A program made the position numbers and the translations under genes. Below, one piece after another: positions 40,133 through 51,935 of a stretch of 64,000 nucleotides of DNA. Under the pieces are notes generated by a model. That model had not been told where the DNA came from, made no database searches, and saw only the letters and a list, made by a program, of their open reading frames with translations. How positions within the stretch are numbered: the first letter of the stretch is position 1; the number at the start of each line of letters is the position of its first letter. The DNA is from Candidatus Marinacidobacterales bacterium (GTDB lineage Bacteria > Acidobacteriota > Vicinamibacteria > Marinacidobacterales > SMYC01), in assembly GCA_965237955.1 (NCBI GenBank), contig OZ250169.1, forward strand, positions 1,056,001 to 1,120,000, read 5' to 3'.

Positions 40133-41920
40133 ATGTCGACGAAGAAGTCGGGGGAGTCTGTCCAGAGGTGGACGGCGAAGCGACGAGCGAATCTAGTCCC
40201 ATGGAACAGAAAAAGCTAGACAACACCGGCCCTTCTGTGATCTGCTAAATGCATGAAACACAAGGGCCGGCGAAAAGCCGAATTGAAGCTGTCGTCTCAA
40301 GAAAGCGAAGCGCTGACGCGACTGGCGCGACGCAGCCGTAGTTCGCCGCACCAAGCCTTCCGAGCGAAGATCGTGCTGGATTGCGCGGCGGGTCTGACGA
40401 ATATGGAAGTTGCTAGGAAGATGCACACCATGAGGAGCACGGTGGGCAAGTGGCGAAGACGCTTTGTAGAACAACGAATGGAAGGGTTGTACGACGAACC
40501 TCGGCCGGGAGCGGCTCGCAAAATCGGCGATGACCAGATCGAGGAAGTCGTGACCAAGACGCTGGCGACGACTCCAAAGGGGAGAACCCATTGGAGTACG
40601 CGCTCGATGGCCAAGCATCTTGGGCTGAGTCATTCGACGATTGGACGTATTTGGCGAACGTTCGGGCTTCAACCGCACCGCTCGGAATCGTTTCGTCTCT
40701 CGCAAGACCCACAACTGGTCGAAAAAGTACGCGACGTTGTTGGCCTGTATATGAACCCACCGGATAACGCGGTCGTCCTGTGCGTCGACGAGAAATCGCA
40801 GATTCAAGCGCTCGAGCGTGCTCAACCTGTCCTGCCCATGAGCTTGGGCCAGCCCGAGCGACAAACCCACGACTACATTCGGCATGGAACGACTGACCTG
40901 TTTGCCGCACTCGACGCCGCAACAGGTGAAGTCTTCGGAAAGTGCTACGCGCGACATCGAGCGCTAGAGTTCAAGAAGTTCCTCGCTGAGATCGAAGCAG
41001 CCGTTCCCAGCGAGTTGGACATCCACGTCGTGCTCGACAATCTCGCCACGCACAAGACACCGGCGATCAAACGCTGGCTTTCCAAGCGACCTCGGTTCCA
41101 CTTTCACTTCACACCGACACACGCCTCTTGGCTCAACTTCGCTGAGCGCTTCTTTGGCTTGCTCACCGAACACGCCTTGCGACGAGGCTCGCACACGAGC
41201 GTGCCTCAGCTCCGCGTTGCGATACAAGACTATCTCGATGCTCACAACGAGAACCCAAAGCCGTTCAAGTGGACGAAATCCGCCGACCAAATCCTCGAAA
41301 CCATCGCTCGGTTCGCCCAGCGAACGCTCGATACACATGGCAAATCGAATTTGGACAGTAATTAAAGATCCAGGGGACTAGTGCTGAGCATACTGAAGGG
41401 CGAGGAGATCAAGAAGCTGAAGCAGAAGATCGGCGAGCTGGTGATCGACAATGCTATTTCGACGACAAAACGTCCGAGGAGTAGTGAACGCGGTGACGGG
41501 CGTCTCAGAGAGAAGGGTGTGCCGCGTGTTGAAGGTTCCACGCTCCCTAATGCATCCGGGGCGCGCCGGATGCGAACCGGGCGACGACAACCGACCGAAG
41601 GGCCGCTGGTAAATCGGCTCGGCGAACTGGCGGTTGAGTTTCCCACGTTCGGCTACCGTCGGCTGTGGGCAATACTGAGACGCCGTGACGGCATCCTAGT
41701 GAATCGAAAGGTGGTTTACCGGATTCTGAAGGCGAACGGTTGGTTCGTACATCAGCGAAGCTATACGCCCCGACCTCGAGTACAAGGTCGACGCAGCCGA
41801 GCGGCCTGTAGCAACGAGCGGTGGGCGATGGGCCTGGCCCACATCTCGTGCGGCCGCGACGGATGGGCGCATCTAGCAAGCGGTCCATTTCGGGAGTTTT
41901 GGGAGTCCGTGCAGGGGCTG
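40133..41920 (+). mobile_element. Degenerate IS3-family element interrupted by IS630
   Basis: MSTKKSGESVQRWTAKRRAN|LVLSILKGE joins across the CTAG; FGYRRLWAILRR and SNERWA..AH. Confidence 0.75.
40197..41377 (+). mobile_element. IS630 copy 2 (transposase 40253-41365)
   Basis: CTAG flanks at 40193-40196 and 41378-41381. Confidence 0.95.
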
Positions 41921-42059
41921 AGCCAGATTTCGAGTTGGCGGACTTCCGGGCCGGTACTGTCAAGTTGAAGTATTCTGATATACAATATTCGGTTTTTGTT
42001 CTTCATAATGGAGTGGCTCGCGATGCCTAAATGGCCAGGGAGCGCTGACAAGCAGCCAA

Positions 42060-42240
42060 CTACTTTTAGAGGCCTCTCTCGATCTGAACTACGGCGACGA
42101 CCAAGAATGTCCAGGGTTGGTTCGGCGTGCTCATGACCGAGCATTCTAGCCTCCCATAGCGAAGCAAGCGTAGACGCGTCTATACGAAACGCTCCGGCTG
42201 ATGCAGGTCTTGAGTTCGTTCGTGTTTTTGGACACGACGC
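42060..42240 (-). mobile_element. Degenerate left end of an rve-integrase element
   Basis: Homologous to ~59060-59224; end motif TTTTTGGACACGACG. Confidence 0.65.
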
Positions 42241-42421
42241 CGTTTCGGGAGGCGATGTAACCGACACCCCGAATCAAGTAGAGAAGACACCAGCGAATTT
42301 CGGGGGTCAACGACTCTGGGTCGGCAAGCACGCGAGGAACGAGGTTATACGCCACTCCTTCCTCTTCATTGAGGAGAAGGCGAAACAAATCCTCTCGAAC
42401 TTGAAACTTTCGACCCGACAT
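42241..42421 (-). pseudogene. 5' fragment of a hypothetical gene truncated by the element end
   Basis: ORF 42146-42421 runs into the transposon end at ~42240. Confidence 0.4.
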
Positions 42422-42533
42422 CGTCTTATCAATTGAAAACCTACGGGCGTCGACAAGTAACGGCAGCCACCGTCCTCGCGAGACCTGTCAGCCTTAGGAT
42501 ACCAGGAAGAAACCTTTTAAGCAGTTTTTTTTC

Positions 42534-44375
42534 TCAGCGCGCATAGCCGAGAGCACGCAGTTTGTCAAGCTGGTCGGGGGTAAGCTCTACCGGTGGTGCG
42601 GGAGCGCCGCTTTCTCGCCGTTCGCTCGCTCGAGCAAGGAAAAATTCCACTTGCTGTAAGGCCCGCTCCACCCAGCTCGGCTCGCCAGACACCAGATCGT
42701 TTCGTTCCCGAGGGTCTCTCGCCAGATCGTAGAGCTCGACCGACGCTTCCGAGCCATCGTGGTGACGGCTGACGATGAGCTTCTTACCGTTCACCCCCTG
42801 CCTCATCGCCAATTTATGTGAGTCGTCTACGGTGTGGCGGGTTTCGGCCCAGACCTCACCATCGGGGCCATCGGACGACTTCTCGGAGCCTCGAATGAGG
42901 CCCAAAAGGCTTCGTCCTTGGAATCCGGCCACGGCCGGGAGCCCCATGTTTTCCAGGATCGTCGGAGCCACATCGACCAGGCTTACTTGCTGAGAGACGC
43001 GCTGACCCGCCCTTTCGCTCCCGGGTAGCTTCATCAATAGCGGAATACGCAACACTTCTTCATATAGCGTCTTCTGGTGCTCCCACCCTCCGTGTTCAAG
43101 AAACTCTTCCCCGTGATCGGAAGTAACTACCACCAAAGACTTGTCGAATATTCCCATCTCTCTCATCACCCCGAACAGCCGCCCAAGTTGCCGGTCCGCG
43201 TATAGGATCTCACCGTCGTAGAGAGCCAGGATGTGCCGGAGATCCCGCGGATCGATCGAGTCCGCCGTCTCCTTCTTGAACTCCCACCAAACGCCGCTGG
43301 CCACGCCCGAGTAGTCTGGGTCGAAGGTCCGGTCGTAGGGCGGCGGTGGATCGTAATGCCAGTGAGGGTCGTAGTAGTGGAGAAAAAGAAAGAAGTCACG
43401 GTCGCCCCTCTCCCTCAAAAAAGAGATGGCACGCTCCGTAACCTGCTCCGCTCGCGCGTCGTAGCGATACCAGTGACCGTCGAAGCCGTGGCCGAAACCG
43501 TATTGCTTCGATAAATAGAGGTGTGTCACCACCGCTTGCGTGAAAAACCCATTCTGTTGAAGATGAAGCGGAAGGCTCGGCACGTCATCAGGCAGCCCGC
43601 GACGGAGATCCACCGCTCCGTGGGATGAAGGATAGAGTGAGGTCAAAAGGGAGGCGTGCGCGGGAAGCGTCCAGGGAGCCGTGGTCACGGCATCTTCGAA
43701 AACGACTCCTTCTTTGGCGAGGGCCTCGAGAGTCGGGGTCGTCCCCCTCCCATAGCCGTAGACGCTCACATGATCCCGTCGCAAGGTGTCGATGGAGACA
43801 ACGATGACTCCTCTGCCCCCCCGATAGCGTGCCCGATCGTGAAGGATCGGGTCCGCAAAGAGCGCCGCAAACCCGAGTGCGGACGCCGCATCTCCAGTTG
43901 CGTTCGCGCCGGCCTTTCCACCTTCGAAGCTCAACCAGATCTCTTTTCCCGCGAAGGGACGGAGGTCGACCGACTGGTCGATCCACTGATCGCTACGCGC
44001 GGTATGAATCTCCCGCTCGAAGACAACGCTCGACGGACTCTCGATACCGGCCTTCATCACGAAGCGAGCTTTGCCGCCGGCGCCTCCCTCGCCTGTCGTC
44101 TTCGGTTTGATGCCAATGGCGAAGGTAAGCAATGGTCTGGGCGGAACCTTCACCCGAAACCGAACCTCGGAAGGAGTCGGTGCCGTGAGGCATGGCCTCG
44201 CGTCTTCACCCAGACTCACCGGAGAGGAGATCGCAGATTCGGAAGAGTTGGAAAAAACCACGTACGTTTGTTCGAGAAGAGAAACCGGTGGCTCGGATGG
44301 CACGGCCCGACTGCAGGCCGGGACCGTCAAAGTTAGGGCGATGGAAAGGAAGCGACGGGTTCTGACGTCAGACAT
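42534..44375 (-). CDS. Sulfatase / alkaline-phosphatase superfamily lipoprotein
   Basis: SIDTLRRDH, APWTLPAHASLLT, HYYDPH, TSDHGEEF, LRALGY. Confidence 0.9.
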   Translation of the reverse strand: MSDVRTRRFLSIALTLTVPACSRAVPSEPPVSLLEQTYVVFSNSSESAISSPVSLGEDARPCLTAPTPSEVRFRVKVPPRPLLTFAIGIKPKTTGEGGAGGKARFVMKAGIESPSSVVFEREIHTARSDQWIDQSVDLRPFAGKEIWLSFEGGKAGANATGDAASALGFAALFADPILHDRARYRGGRGVIVVSIDTLRRDHVSVYGYGRGTTPTLEALAKEGVVFEDAVTTAPWTLPAHASLLTSLYPSSHGAVDLRRGLPDDVPSLPLHLQQNGFFTQAVVTHLYLSKQYGFGHGFDGHWYRYDARAEQVTERAISFLRERGDRDFFLFLHYYDPHWHYDPPPPYDRTFDPDYSGVASGVWWEFKKETADSIDPRDLRHILALYDGEILYADRQLGRLFGVMREMGIFDKSLVVVTSDHGEEFLEHGGWEHQKTLYEEVLRIPLLMKLPGSERAGQRVSQQVSLVDVAPTILENMGLPAVAGFQGRSLLGLIRGSEKSSDGPDGEVWAETRHTVDDSHKLAMRQGVNGKKLIVSRHHDGSEASVELYDLARDPRERNDLVSGEPSWVERALQQVEFFLARASERRESGAPAPPVELTPDQLDKLRALGYAR

Positions 44376-44385
44376 CGAGCTTCGT

Positions 44386-44781
44386 CTAGAAGGAACGCCG
44401 ATGTTCTGGTGTCTCTTGGCGAAAACTAAACCCGCAAGGCTCCCACGGGTTCACGATGTTTCGGTCCCGCAGATCTCTCTCATCGATAGGGAAAGTGGTG
44501 CAGTTCCTCGGGCGACCCTTGTAAATCCCACATCGAGGAAGGCGGCTTGCCCAATTCAAGAGCGGGCAAGGAAACATGACATTGCAGCACGCGCCGGTGC
44601 GATGGCAATTACCGACCCGTCGCGTGAGACTCTCTTCAACGTAGCGGGGTCTGAAGTTCACCAGATACAAACGCCGCACCTTGCCCCCAAGGAGAATGCC
44701 GCGTTGTTTCCAACTCAGCGACCGAAGCCTCTCCCGACCGCGATGCTGGTAGACGCCCGCCCCTTCGTAGAGTACCTGCAT
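44386..44781 (-). CDS. YkgJ-like cysteine-cluster protein
   Basis: CHRTGACC..CP..CGIYKGRPRNCTTFP. Confidence 0.7.
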   Translation of the reverse strand: MQVLYEGAGVYQHRGRERLRSLSWKQRGILLGGKVRRLYLVNFRPRYVEESLTRRVGNCHRTGACCNVMFPCPLLNWASRLPRCGIYKGRPRNCTTFPIDERDLRDRNIVNPWEPCGFSFRQETPEHRRSF

Positions 44782-44848
44782 GGAGGGGGAATCTTAGGCC
44801 AGCCCGCCCGGAGCCGTCAACCCGGGTTCTAGAAAGAGATAGCGAGCT

Positions 44849-45372
44849 TCACCACGTACACGAATGCCGAACTAACTCCCTCCTCGCGGTTGACGAAGTC
44901 GAACGCCACCGTGGGTATGACCGCGTAGCGGGATCCGAGCTCGAAGCCATACTGGATGCCAACGCGTCCCAGGAATAGCTTCTCGTTTCCCCTCTTCCTC
45001 GGCGTGGCTCTCGCCGCCCCCGACGCGCCTCGGCTCTAGCTCCCAACCGGGCCCTGCATACACCGCCAGCCCCTCGTGCAGATGAAAAGTGACGGGGATG
45101 ATCAACAACCAAGCGTCTAAGTCGGTGAGATGTTCCAACGTTCCCCCGATGCCAATTCGCGGGTTGAGCCGATACTCGTAGTCGCCACCAATCGTGAAGA
45201 AACTCTTCTTTTCTTCGGATTCGTAAGTGCCGCCGAGCACCAAGGACGCCTCGTTTCGGTGGAAGTGCTCTTCTGGCTCTTCCTCGGCGGCAAGAGCTGC
45301 GGGAAGAAGGATCGACGCCATACCGAAAACCACAAGCGATGACGACAAGAACTTCAGAAGCTGACCTTCCAT
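44849..45372 (-). pseudogene. Small outer-membrane-type protein, frameshifted
   Basis: Signal peptide and beta-strands (GGDYEYRL, VYAGPG); frame breaks near 44980. Confidence 0.55.
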
Positions 45373-45425
45373 TGAAGCCTCACGCAGTGCTATCTCGGAG
45401 TTGTCGGTTACGAACTTCGAGCGCG

Positions 45426-46022
45426 TCACCGCCGCCGAGGTTTCAGCAAGGCTTCGGTCCCCGAGCCCCAATTGAAGAGGCACCCGAGCGTATCCATGAT
45501 TGGGGCATCGATCTTTTCGACATTTTGAGCGGCGACGACCTGTATGTTCCCTATACCCGGAGTCGCCGCAAAGGGCACGAACATGGTCAAGTTACCGTCC
45601 GCGTGCTCCTCCACGATGTAGGCCAACATCCGCGCCCCCGGGCCTACAGAAAGAAGCGCCGGCTGTAGCTGCCCCGGAACGTCCCTGCCGGACAGCCGCC
45701 TAGAGAGACTCCGCAGCAGCGCATACGGGGCGAAGCGCATGAGGATCCTGTTCTCGAACGACCGCCCGGCACGGCTGCCGACTCGGGATTGGTCGATCAC
45801 CCCCACAAGCAAAGAGATCACGATCAGCACGCCGGCTGCTGTGAAGCGATGGACCCATACGTCGGGGAAGGCGCTCGCGGGCAAGAGGTCCGCGATCGGT
45901 GTGGTCAGGCCCATCAAGATGTCGAACAGCCCGCCGATCAGGAGGTAGGACAGAATCAGCGGCAGCAGGAGCAGGAAGCCGCTCATGAAACGCCTGCTCA
46001 AGAAACTCAACACGTCTTTCAC
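45426..46022 (-). CDS. DUF502-family membrane protein
   Basis: GFLLLLPLILS, two TM helices, MFVPFAATPGIG. Confidence 0.75.
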   Translation of the reverse strand: MKDVLSFLSRRFMSGFLLLLPLILSYLLIGGLFDILMGLTTPIADLLPASAFPDVWVHRFTAAGVLIVISLLVGVIDQSRVGSRAGRSFENRILMRFAPYALLRSLSRRLSGRDVPGQLQPALLSVGPGARMLAYIVEEHADGNLTMFVPFAATPGIGNIQVVAAQNVEKIDAPIMDTLGCLFNWGSGTEALLKPRRR

Positions 46023-46044
46023 GTCGGTCTAGTCCTTCCTGGAT

Positions 46045-46603
46045 TTAGGACGCGGACGCCCTCGGGAAGACGGCCGTAGCGCCATGATGGAACAGGGCCC
46101 GCACTTTGTCCCAGAACTCCCCACCGAGTACGAAAAAGCTGACCAAGTACATTGCATCGCCCACCACGCCGAGCACCACGCGGTTCGCCTCGTAGCCGGG
46201 GATGAAGTGGGCAACGTAGGGAATCAACCAACCGAATAGGAGCGGAAGTAGGAACATGAGGAGGCCGATGCGATAGCGCGTGCGGCTCACGCTCTCCGGC
46301 GGGGCGTATCGCCGGAGGATCCCAAAGAGGAGCCGCTTGAGGTGCTCGAAGCCAGACTTGCCGAGGATCGCAACCGCCGCGAGGGAGAAGAGCTCCGGGA
46401 TGCCGACGGCAAGAATGACCGACAAAGTGGCCTTCCATGCGCTCGGGAGGCTCGACGTCGCGACGAAGGGGATGAGGGCCGGACAGCCCAGCCCGATGAG
46501 GAAGAGAGCAGCGCCCAATCGGAAACGCCGAGCGGCGGGTCCGTGGGGCTCGGTGTTGGCTTCGCTCGCCGCATCCCTAGACCTTTGGCCTGCCACGATG
46601 TCA
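46045..46603 (-). CDS. Transporter-suffix-domain membrane protein (start uncertain)
   Basis: Four hydrophobic helices; AVAILGKSGF and SFFVLGGEFWDKVRALF. Confidence 0.7.
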
Positions 46604-46763
46604 TCACTGCTCGAAGCTACGGTAGGCGACGATGCGCCATTGGCCGTTCTCTCGATTCCAAAGCAGCCCCAGAATGGCTCCGCCCTCGTCCTTGAATCGG
46701 AAGAGAAGCGCCGTAGTACTCGGCGGCCTGCGGTCTTCTCTTGTCCACAAAGATACGGTTCGG

Positions 46764-47849
46764 TGCCTTGGTGCACAACTCCGATAGAGGCCGAGAGCTC
46801 GCTTGGCCCCGACTCCCATCATCCGGTCATCTCGCTATCAGGCATCCCGAGCGCCGTCATCGTGTTGAGAATCTTGCACCCGATCCTTGCCTCGACTCTC
46901 TGTGCCGCCAACCCTCTCGCTCGCATCGCTGAGCCCACGATAGCCTTGTAGCGATGGAACGTTGTCTCGACTTTGCTCCGTTTGCTGTAGCCCGATTCTG
47001 TGTGCCACTTTCGTTTGCCGAGCCGAGCTTGTGCTGCAATGTTGCGATTACGCTGTCGGCTGCTCGCCGGCCCCGATGCGAGCTGGGCGCCCTTGCGCGG
47101 CGGTATCAGCACCCTCGGCGAGCGATGAGCGCTGTGATTCTCGATCGCCTCATAGACACCGCCGGCGTCGTATGCGGTGTCAGCTCTGGCCGATGAGATG
47201 GGACTGTCGATCTGTCCGACAAGCGATGCAACCCGCGATGAATCGCGGGCTCTTTTGCTCGTCAGCTCGCCGGCGACGACTTCGCCACGCTGCTCGTCGA
47301 CACACAGATGGAGCTTGCGATAGTCCCTGCTATTTGGTGCTCTGCGCAGCTGGCCGGCGTGGACAGCGAGACCGCTGCTGTCGATCAAGATGTGCAACGG
47401 CGTCTTGTGCTTGTCTTGGTAGAAGGGGACCTTACCCAGCTTCGCCTTGCGCCTCGAATTGTGGTGTGATCGGGCACATCATTGTCTAGCTTCATCAGAG
47501 CGAACAACGACCGCAGCAATCCCTCGCTCTGCCTAGATGACAGATGAAACACCATGCCCAGGGTGACAGCCGTCTCGATGGCGTGGTTCGAGTACTTGCG
47601 TTGACGGCCCGGTTTCCTCCTCTTCGGCCGGGGCGCGTCCCAGTTCACAAGCTTGCCGGCGGTGAGCGAGATCCAGACGGTCAGGCTCCCGCGGTTGCGC
47701 AGACCCGCCTCATATTCACGCCAATTCCTCACGCGATAGGCCTTCTTCACATACTTCCGCTGAGTGCGTTTGAAAATGCTCATGGGAAACCTCGAATCCG
47801 CGAGTACAGGACAATTGTGGACCGAGATCGCGAGTTGTGCACCAAGGCA
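46764..47849 (-). mobile_element. IS5-family element, copy 4, transposase frameshifted
   Basis: Same TIRs, 1086 bp, ORF split near 47455; no matching TSD. Confidence 0.93.
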
Positions 47850-50137
47850 ACCAGGAGCAAGGGATTCTGAGCTGGGCTCTCGAACAAAACTGCAGGGATG
47901 TCTCTCCGGTCGCGGCTCTTCTAGAGCGACAGCTGGAGACGATCGAATCCACGCCGGGGACGGAGACCCGAGTGGGAGCCGGTGTGGAGACGATTTTCGA
48001 GAAGGCCGCCGAAGTAGCAGAATCCTTTTCCCGCGGCATGATCTCGACCGCGCACGTCTTGATCGTTTGCTCCGCGAACGACACGGTGTGCGGCGAGCTG
48101 TTGCGCTCGAACGGTGTCAGCCGGACCCGTCTCCGCGCCGCGGACGCAGAGGAGTGCACCTTGGCCCATCCCACCGAGAAGCTCCTCCCCACGCTCGCCC
48201 GCTTCGGCCGAGACCTCACCGGGGACGCGGCACAAGGAAATCTGGAGCCTGTCATCGGGCGTGACCAAGAGATCCGCCGGGTTGTACAAACCCTATTGCG
48301 ACGCTCGAAGAACAACCCCATCCTGGTTGGAGAGCCAGGCGTCGGGAAAACCGCGCTCGTCGAAGGCGTAGCTCAGCGAATCGTTCGCGGTGACGTACCC
48401 GATGAGCTGCGGGGCCGGAAGATCATCGCTGTCGATCTGGGAGCCATGTTGGCGGGGACGATCTACCGTGGGATGTTCGAAGAACGTCTGACGAATGTCA
48501 TCCGTGAAGCGGAGGATTCCAAGGGTCGCGTCATCCTTTTCATCGACGAAGTGCACACTCTCTTGGGGGCGGGCTCGGGTCAAGAACGCTCTCTGGACGC
48601 GGCCAACATGTTGAAACCGGCGCTCGCGCGAGGTTTATTGCGAGTGATTGCCGCGACGACCACCGATGAGTACCGGCGTTACTTCGCTCGAGACGCAGCT
48701 CTGGAGAGACGCTTCCAACCCGTTGTTCTCGACGAGCCGACGGTGGAGGAAACAATCGAGCTGCTGCGAGGGATCAAGGGTTGCTACGAAGCTCACTATC
48801 GAATACGGATTCTCGACGAGGCCATCGTCGCGGCGGCGAAGATGTCGCAACGCTATGTCAGGAACCGAAGACTGCCGGACAAACCGATCGATCTGATGGA
48901 TGAGGCGTCCGCAGCGCGCCGGCTCGAGCTCGATGGAATCCCCGCCGAGCTCGAGACGAAGGAGCGACGGATTATCGAGCTCGAAACGGCACGGGTCGGG
49001 TCGCACAGCGCCGAGCTCGAACGTGAAGTTGCCGAGCTACGTACCGAGGCGGGCTGGATGAGAGCTCGGTGGCAGCAGGCCAAAGATGCGCGCCAAACGC
49101 GCGACGAAGTCGATGCCAACGACGTGGCCGAAGTGGCGTCGCGGTGGAGCGGAGTGCCGGTAACGCGAATCGTGGAGGATGAGGCTGCCAAGCTCGCAGA
49201 GTTGGAACTACGGTTGCGGCGGCAGATCGTCGGCCAACCTGAGGCAGCCCGCGTCGTCTCTCAAGCGCTGCTGCGCGCTCGCACCGGCATCAAGAGTGCG
49301 GAACGACCGATCGGAAGTTTCTTGTTCGTCGGCCCGACCGGGGTCGGAAAAACCGAGATGGCCAAGATCCTCGCCCGCGAGATGTTCGGGGAAGCGAAAG
49401 GTTTCGTCCGCATTCAGATGAGTGACTACTCGGACAGTTATTCCGCTTCACGTCTCATCGGCGCACCCCCTGGTTATATCGGATACGACGAGGGCGGTGT
49501 GTTGACCGAGGCAGTGCGTAACCGACCGCACTCCGTGATCCTTTTCGATGAGTTCGAGAAGGCGCACAGCGAGGTTCAAAACCTGTTGTTGCAGGTTCTC
49601 GACGAGGGGCACCTGACGGATTCCAGCGGCGAGACCGTGGACTTCAGCAACACGATCATGATCCTTACGTCCAATCTGGTGCTCGGCGGCGGAAACGGCA
49701 TCGGGTTCGGAAGCGAGAGAAGCGCCACTGCGGCTCTCCAGAAACACTTGCCGCGCGAGATGATCAATCGATTCGATGCCGTGGTTCCCTTCGCCGCGAT
49801 CACGTCCGAGCACATGAAATTGATCGTCGAGCTTCGCCTCGGGGAGTTGTCGGGGCGATTGCGGGAGCGCGGCGTGCGACCGAAGTGGTCGGAGTCGATC
49901 AAGACATGGCTGGCCGAGAATGGCTGCGACCCCATGTTTGGCGCGAGGCCGTTGAGGCGGTTGATCGAGTCTCACGTCGAAACCGAGCTCGCTGCCAAGC
50001 TCGTGGGTGGGCTCGAGGGGGACGTTTCGATTACCGTGCGAGACGACAGCGTCGTCGTAGAGGCGTTCACGGATGAAGCGCCGAGTAGCGCCGGATCGTT
50101 GAAGCTGATTCGAGAATTGCAGGCGCAATGCGAATAG
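47850..50137 (+). CDS. Clp/Hsp100 AAA+ ATPase (ClpB/ClpC-like), N-terminus cut by IS5
   Basis: [58 protein letters not shown]. Confidence 0.9.
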
Positions 50138-50359
50138 ACGCTTGCCGGGGAAGTTGGCGATGCTTTCACTCTCCCGCTAGCGGGCGCGTGGGGTGAGGGT
50201 GGCACCGCATGAACTTGCTGCTGGAAGATTCGGCACTTCACCAGAGGACACTGGACACCTTCACCGATACCGAGGACGAGCTGGCCGACGACACGCGACT
50301 TGCGTGAAATCATCTGCGATACGTCTCCACTTCTCTACCTTCACCAGATCGAGCAGTCA

Positions 50360-50520
50360 GTGACCTAGCCAAGCTCTACGAGGTTCCGACTCACAGACTC
50401 AACGAGCAGGTCACCCGCAACGGGAGGCGCTTTCCAGACGACTTCATGTTTCGGCTCACCCCTCTGTGAGAATGATGAGGTCGATTCTTTGAGATCGCAA
50501 AATGTGATCTCGAAGGCCAG
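50360..50520 (+). pseudogene. ORF6N-domain remnant
   Basis: Reads DLAKLYEVPTHRLNEQVTRNGRRFPDDFMFRLT. Confidence 0.75.
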
Positions 50521-50565
50521 CCGCGATGGTCGTCGGGCTGGTCAGCAACCACCACCGTTGCAGAG

Positions 50566-51906
50566 TCAGGAATGCCGGGGCCGCTGGCTCGACCAGCGCT
50601 TCCGCGCGGCGTCGAGAAACGACGGATCCTTGGTGGGCTCATCCTGAACGATCTTCTCGAATTTGGGCATGAACGACGTCTTCCGATGGTGGCGCTGTCG
50701 GATATCCTCCACGAGGGCGTCCCACTGATCGACTAAACCCGCTTTCTCGTAGCACTTCTTGGCCTGCTTCAGGTTGGATAGAGCCGAGCGGTAGTTTTTG
50801 TTCTTCCCCTCGTCGACGATCTGCAGTGCGATGGCGCGAAAGAGGCGAGCGGCGACGTCGGGGTGTGGACGCTTCAGGTATTTCGCGGCCTCGCTGAGAG
50901 CGTAGTCGCTCTCGTCCATGAGAGCTTCGTCCGTCGTACTCTGGAGCCGATCCACGAGGCGAGTCGTTTCGCGAGTCTCGATGCATAAATCCATCGCTGG
51001 GCGAAGATCGCCGCTGGCGGCACGGTCCATGGCGCGCTCGTGCCAGCGAGTACGCTCGGCTTCCGGTACGTACCGCATGAGCTCGTTGTAGCTGGCGGTG
51101 CCGGGGCTCGCTTCGAAGTCTTTCCAGGCTAGCGTCAGAGCTTCCTCGGGATGGCCGAGCTGGGAGAGGAGGGTGCGCTCGCGCTTTTCGAGATCGTACG
51201 TCGCAAAGTCGTGCCTCCCGCTGATCTCGAGGCCACGCCGAACCCATGACAGTGCTTGGCTGGCTTCTCCCTTCGCGTGGAAGATGTCCGCGATCACGAG
51301 GCAGTCCTGGCCGCGCATCCCCATCTGTTGGCAGAGGCGGATATAAGAGAAGGCGTCGTTTTGCGCCTGGAATAGCGCGCGGAGCACATCGGCCCATTGC
51401 CGCTGCGACGCGTCGCCTCCGAGCTCATCTTTTCTGCGCGCGGCCTCTTGCGAGGCTTGCTCGAAGCGCGCGCGCGCGATCTCCACGAAAGCCATCCGGC
51501 CGTCATCGTCGAGCGCTTCGGCGAGGTCGCGCTCGATCTGGTACGTGTAGCCATAGTTGTCGGCATCGATCCAATGCAAGAGCGTTTCGACCGAATCGTT
51601 GGCCGGGCAGCCGCCGGATTGCCGCGCTCGTACCCAGTGACAACAAAGCCTCTGCATGAAGTTGCCGAGCTCGCCGCCCGAATCGTTGAGCTCGTGGATC
51701 TTGGCGTAGCAGCCCGCTAGAAAGGTCTCGAAGAGGATGGCCGCACGCTCGGGGTCGTCGTCGATGAGAGGGTTGATTTGCTGCACGAGTTGGTCGAGCG
51801 CCTTCACGAAGGAAAAGCTCTTGCCGTAGCTGATGAACTCGCCCGGCCGGAGCGCGGATTCAATGCTGCGCTCGTGAGGGTCTCGTGTGCGAGGTCGACG
51901 GCTCAT
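50566..51906 (-). CDS. Alpha-helical hypothetical protein (resembles the C-terminal region of SWIM-associated proteins)
   Basis: LNDSGGELG and C-terminal HHRKTSF; start overlaps the end region of the upstream gene closely. Confidence 0.7.
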   Translation of the reverse strand: MSRRPRTRDPHERSIESALRPGEFISYGKSFSFVKALDQLVQQINPLIDDDPERAAILFETFLAGCYAKIHELNDSGGELGNFMQRLCCHWVRARQSGGCPANDSVETLLHWIDADNYGYTYQIERDLAEALDDDGRMAFVEIARARFEQASQEAARRKDELGGDASQRQWADVLRALFQAQNDAFSYIRLCQQMGMRGQDCLVIADIFHAKGEASQALSWVRRGLEISGRHDFATYDLEKRERTLLSQLGHPEEALTLAWKDFEASPGTASYNELMRYVPEAERTRWHERAMDRAASGDLRPAMDLCIETRETTRLVDRLQSTTDEALMDESDYALSEAAKYLKRPHPDVAARLFRAIALQIVDEGKNKNYRSALSNLKQAKKCYEKAGLVDQWDALVEDIRQRHHRKTSFMPKFEKIVQDEPTKDPSFLDAARKRWSSQRPRHS

Positions 51907-51935
51907 CTTCTTTGGCTCCCGAGCGGGAACGCTTG

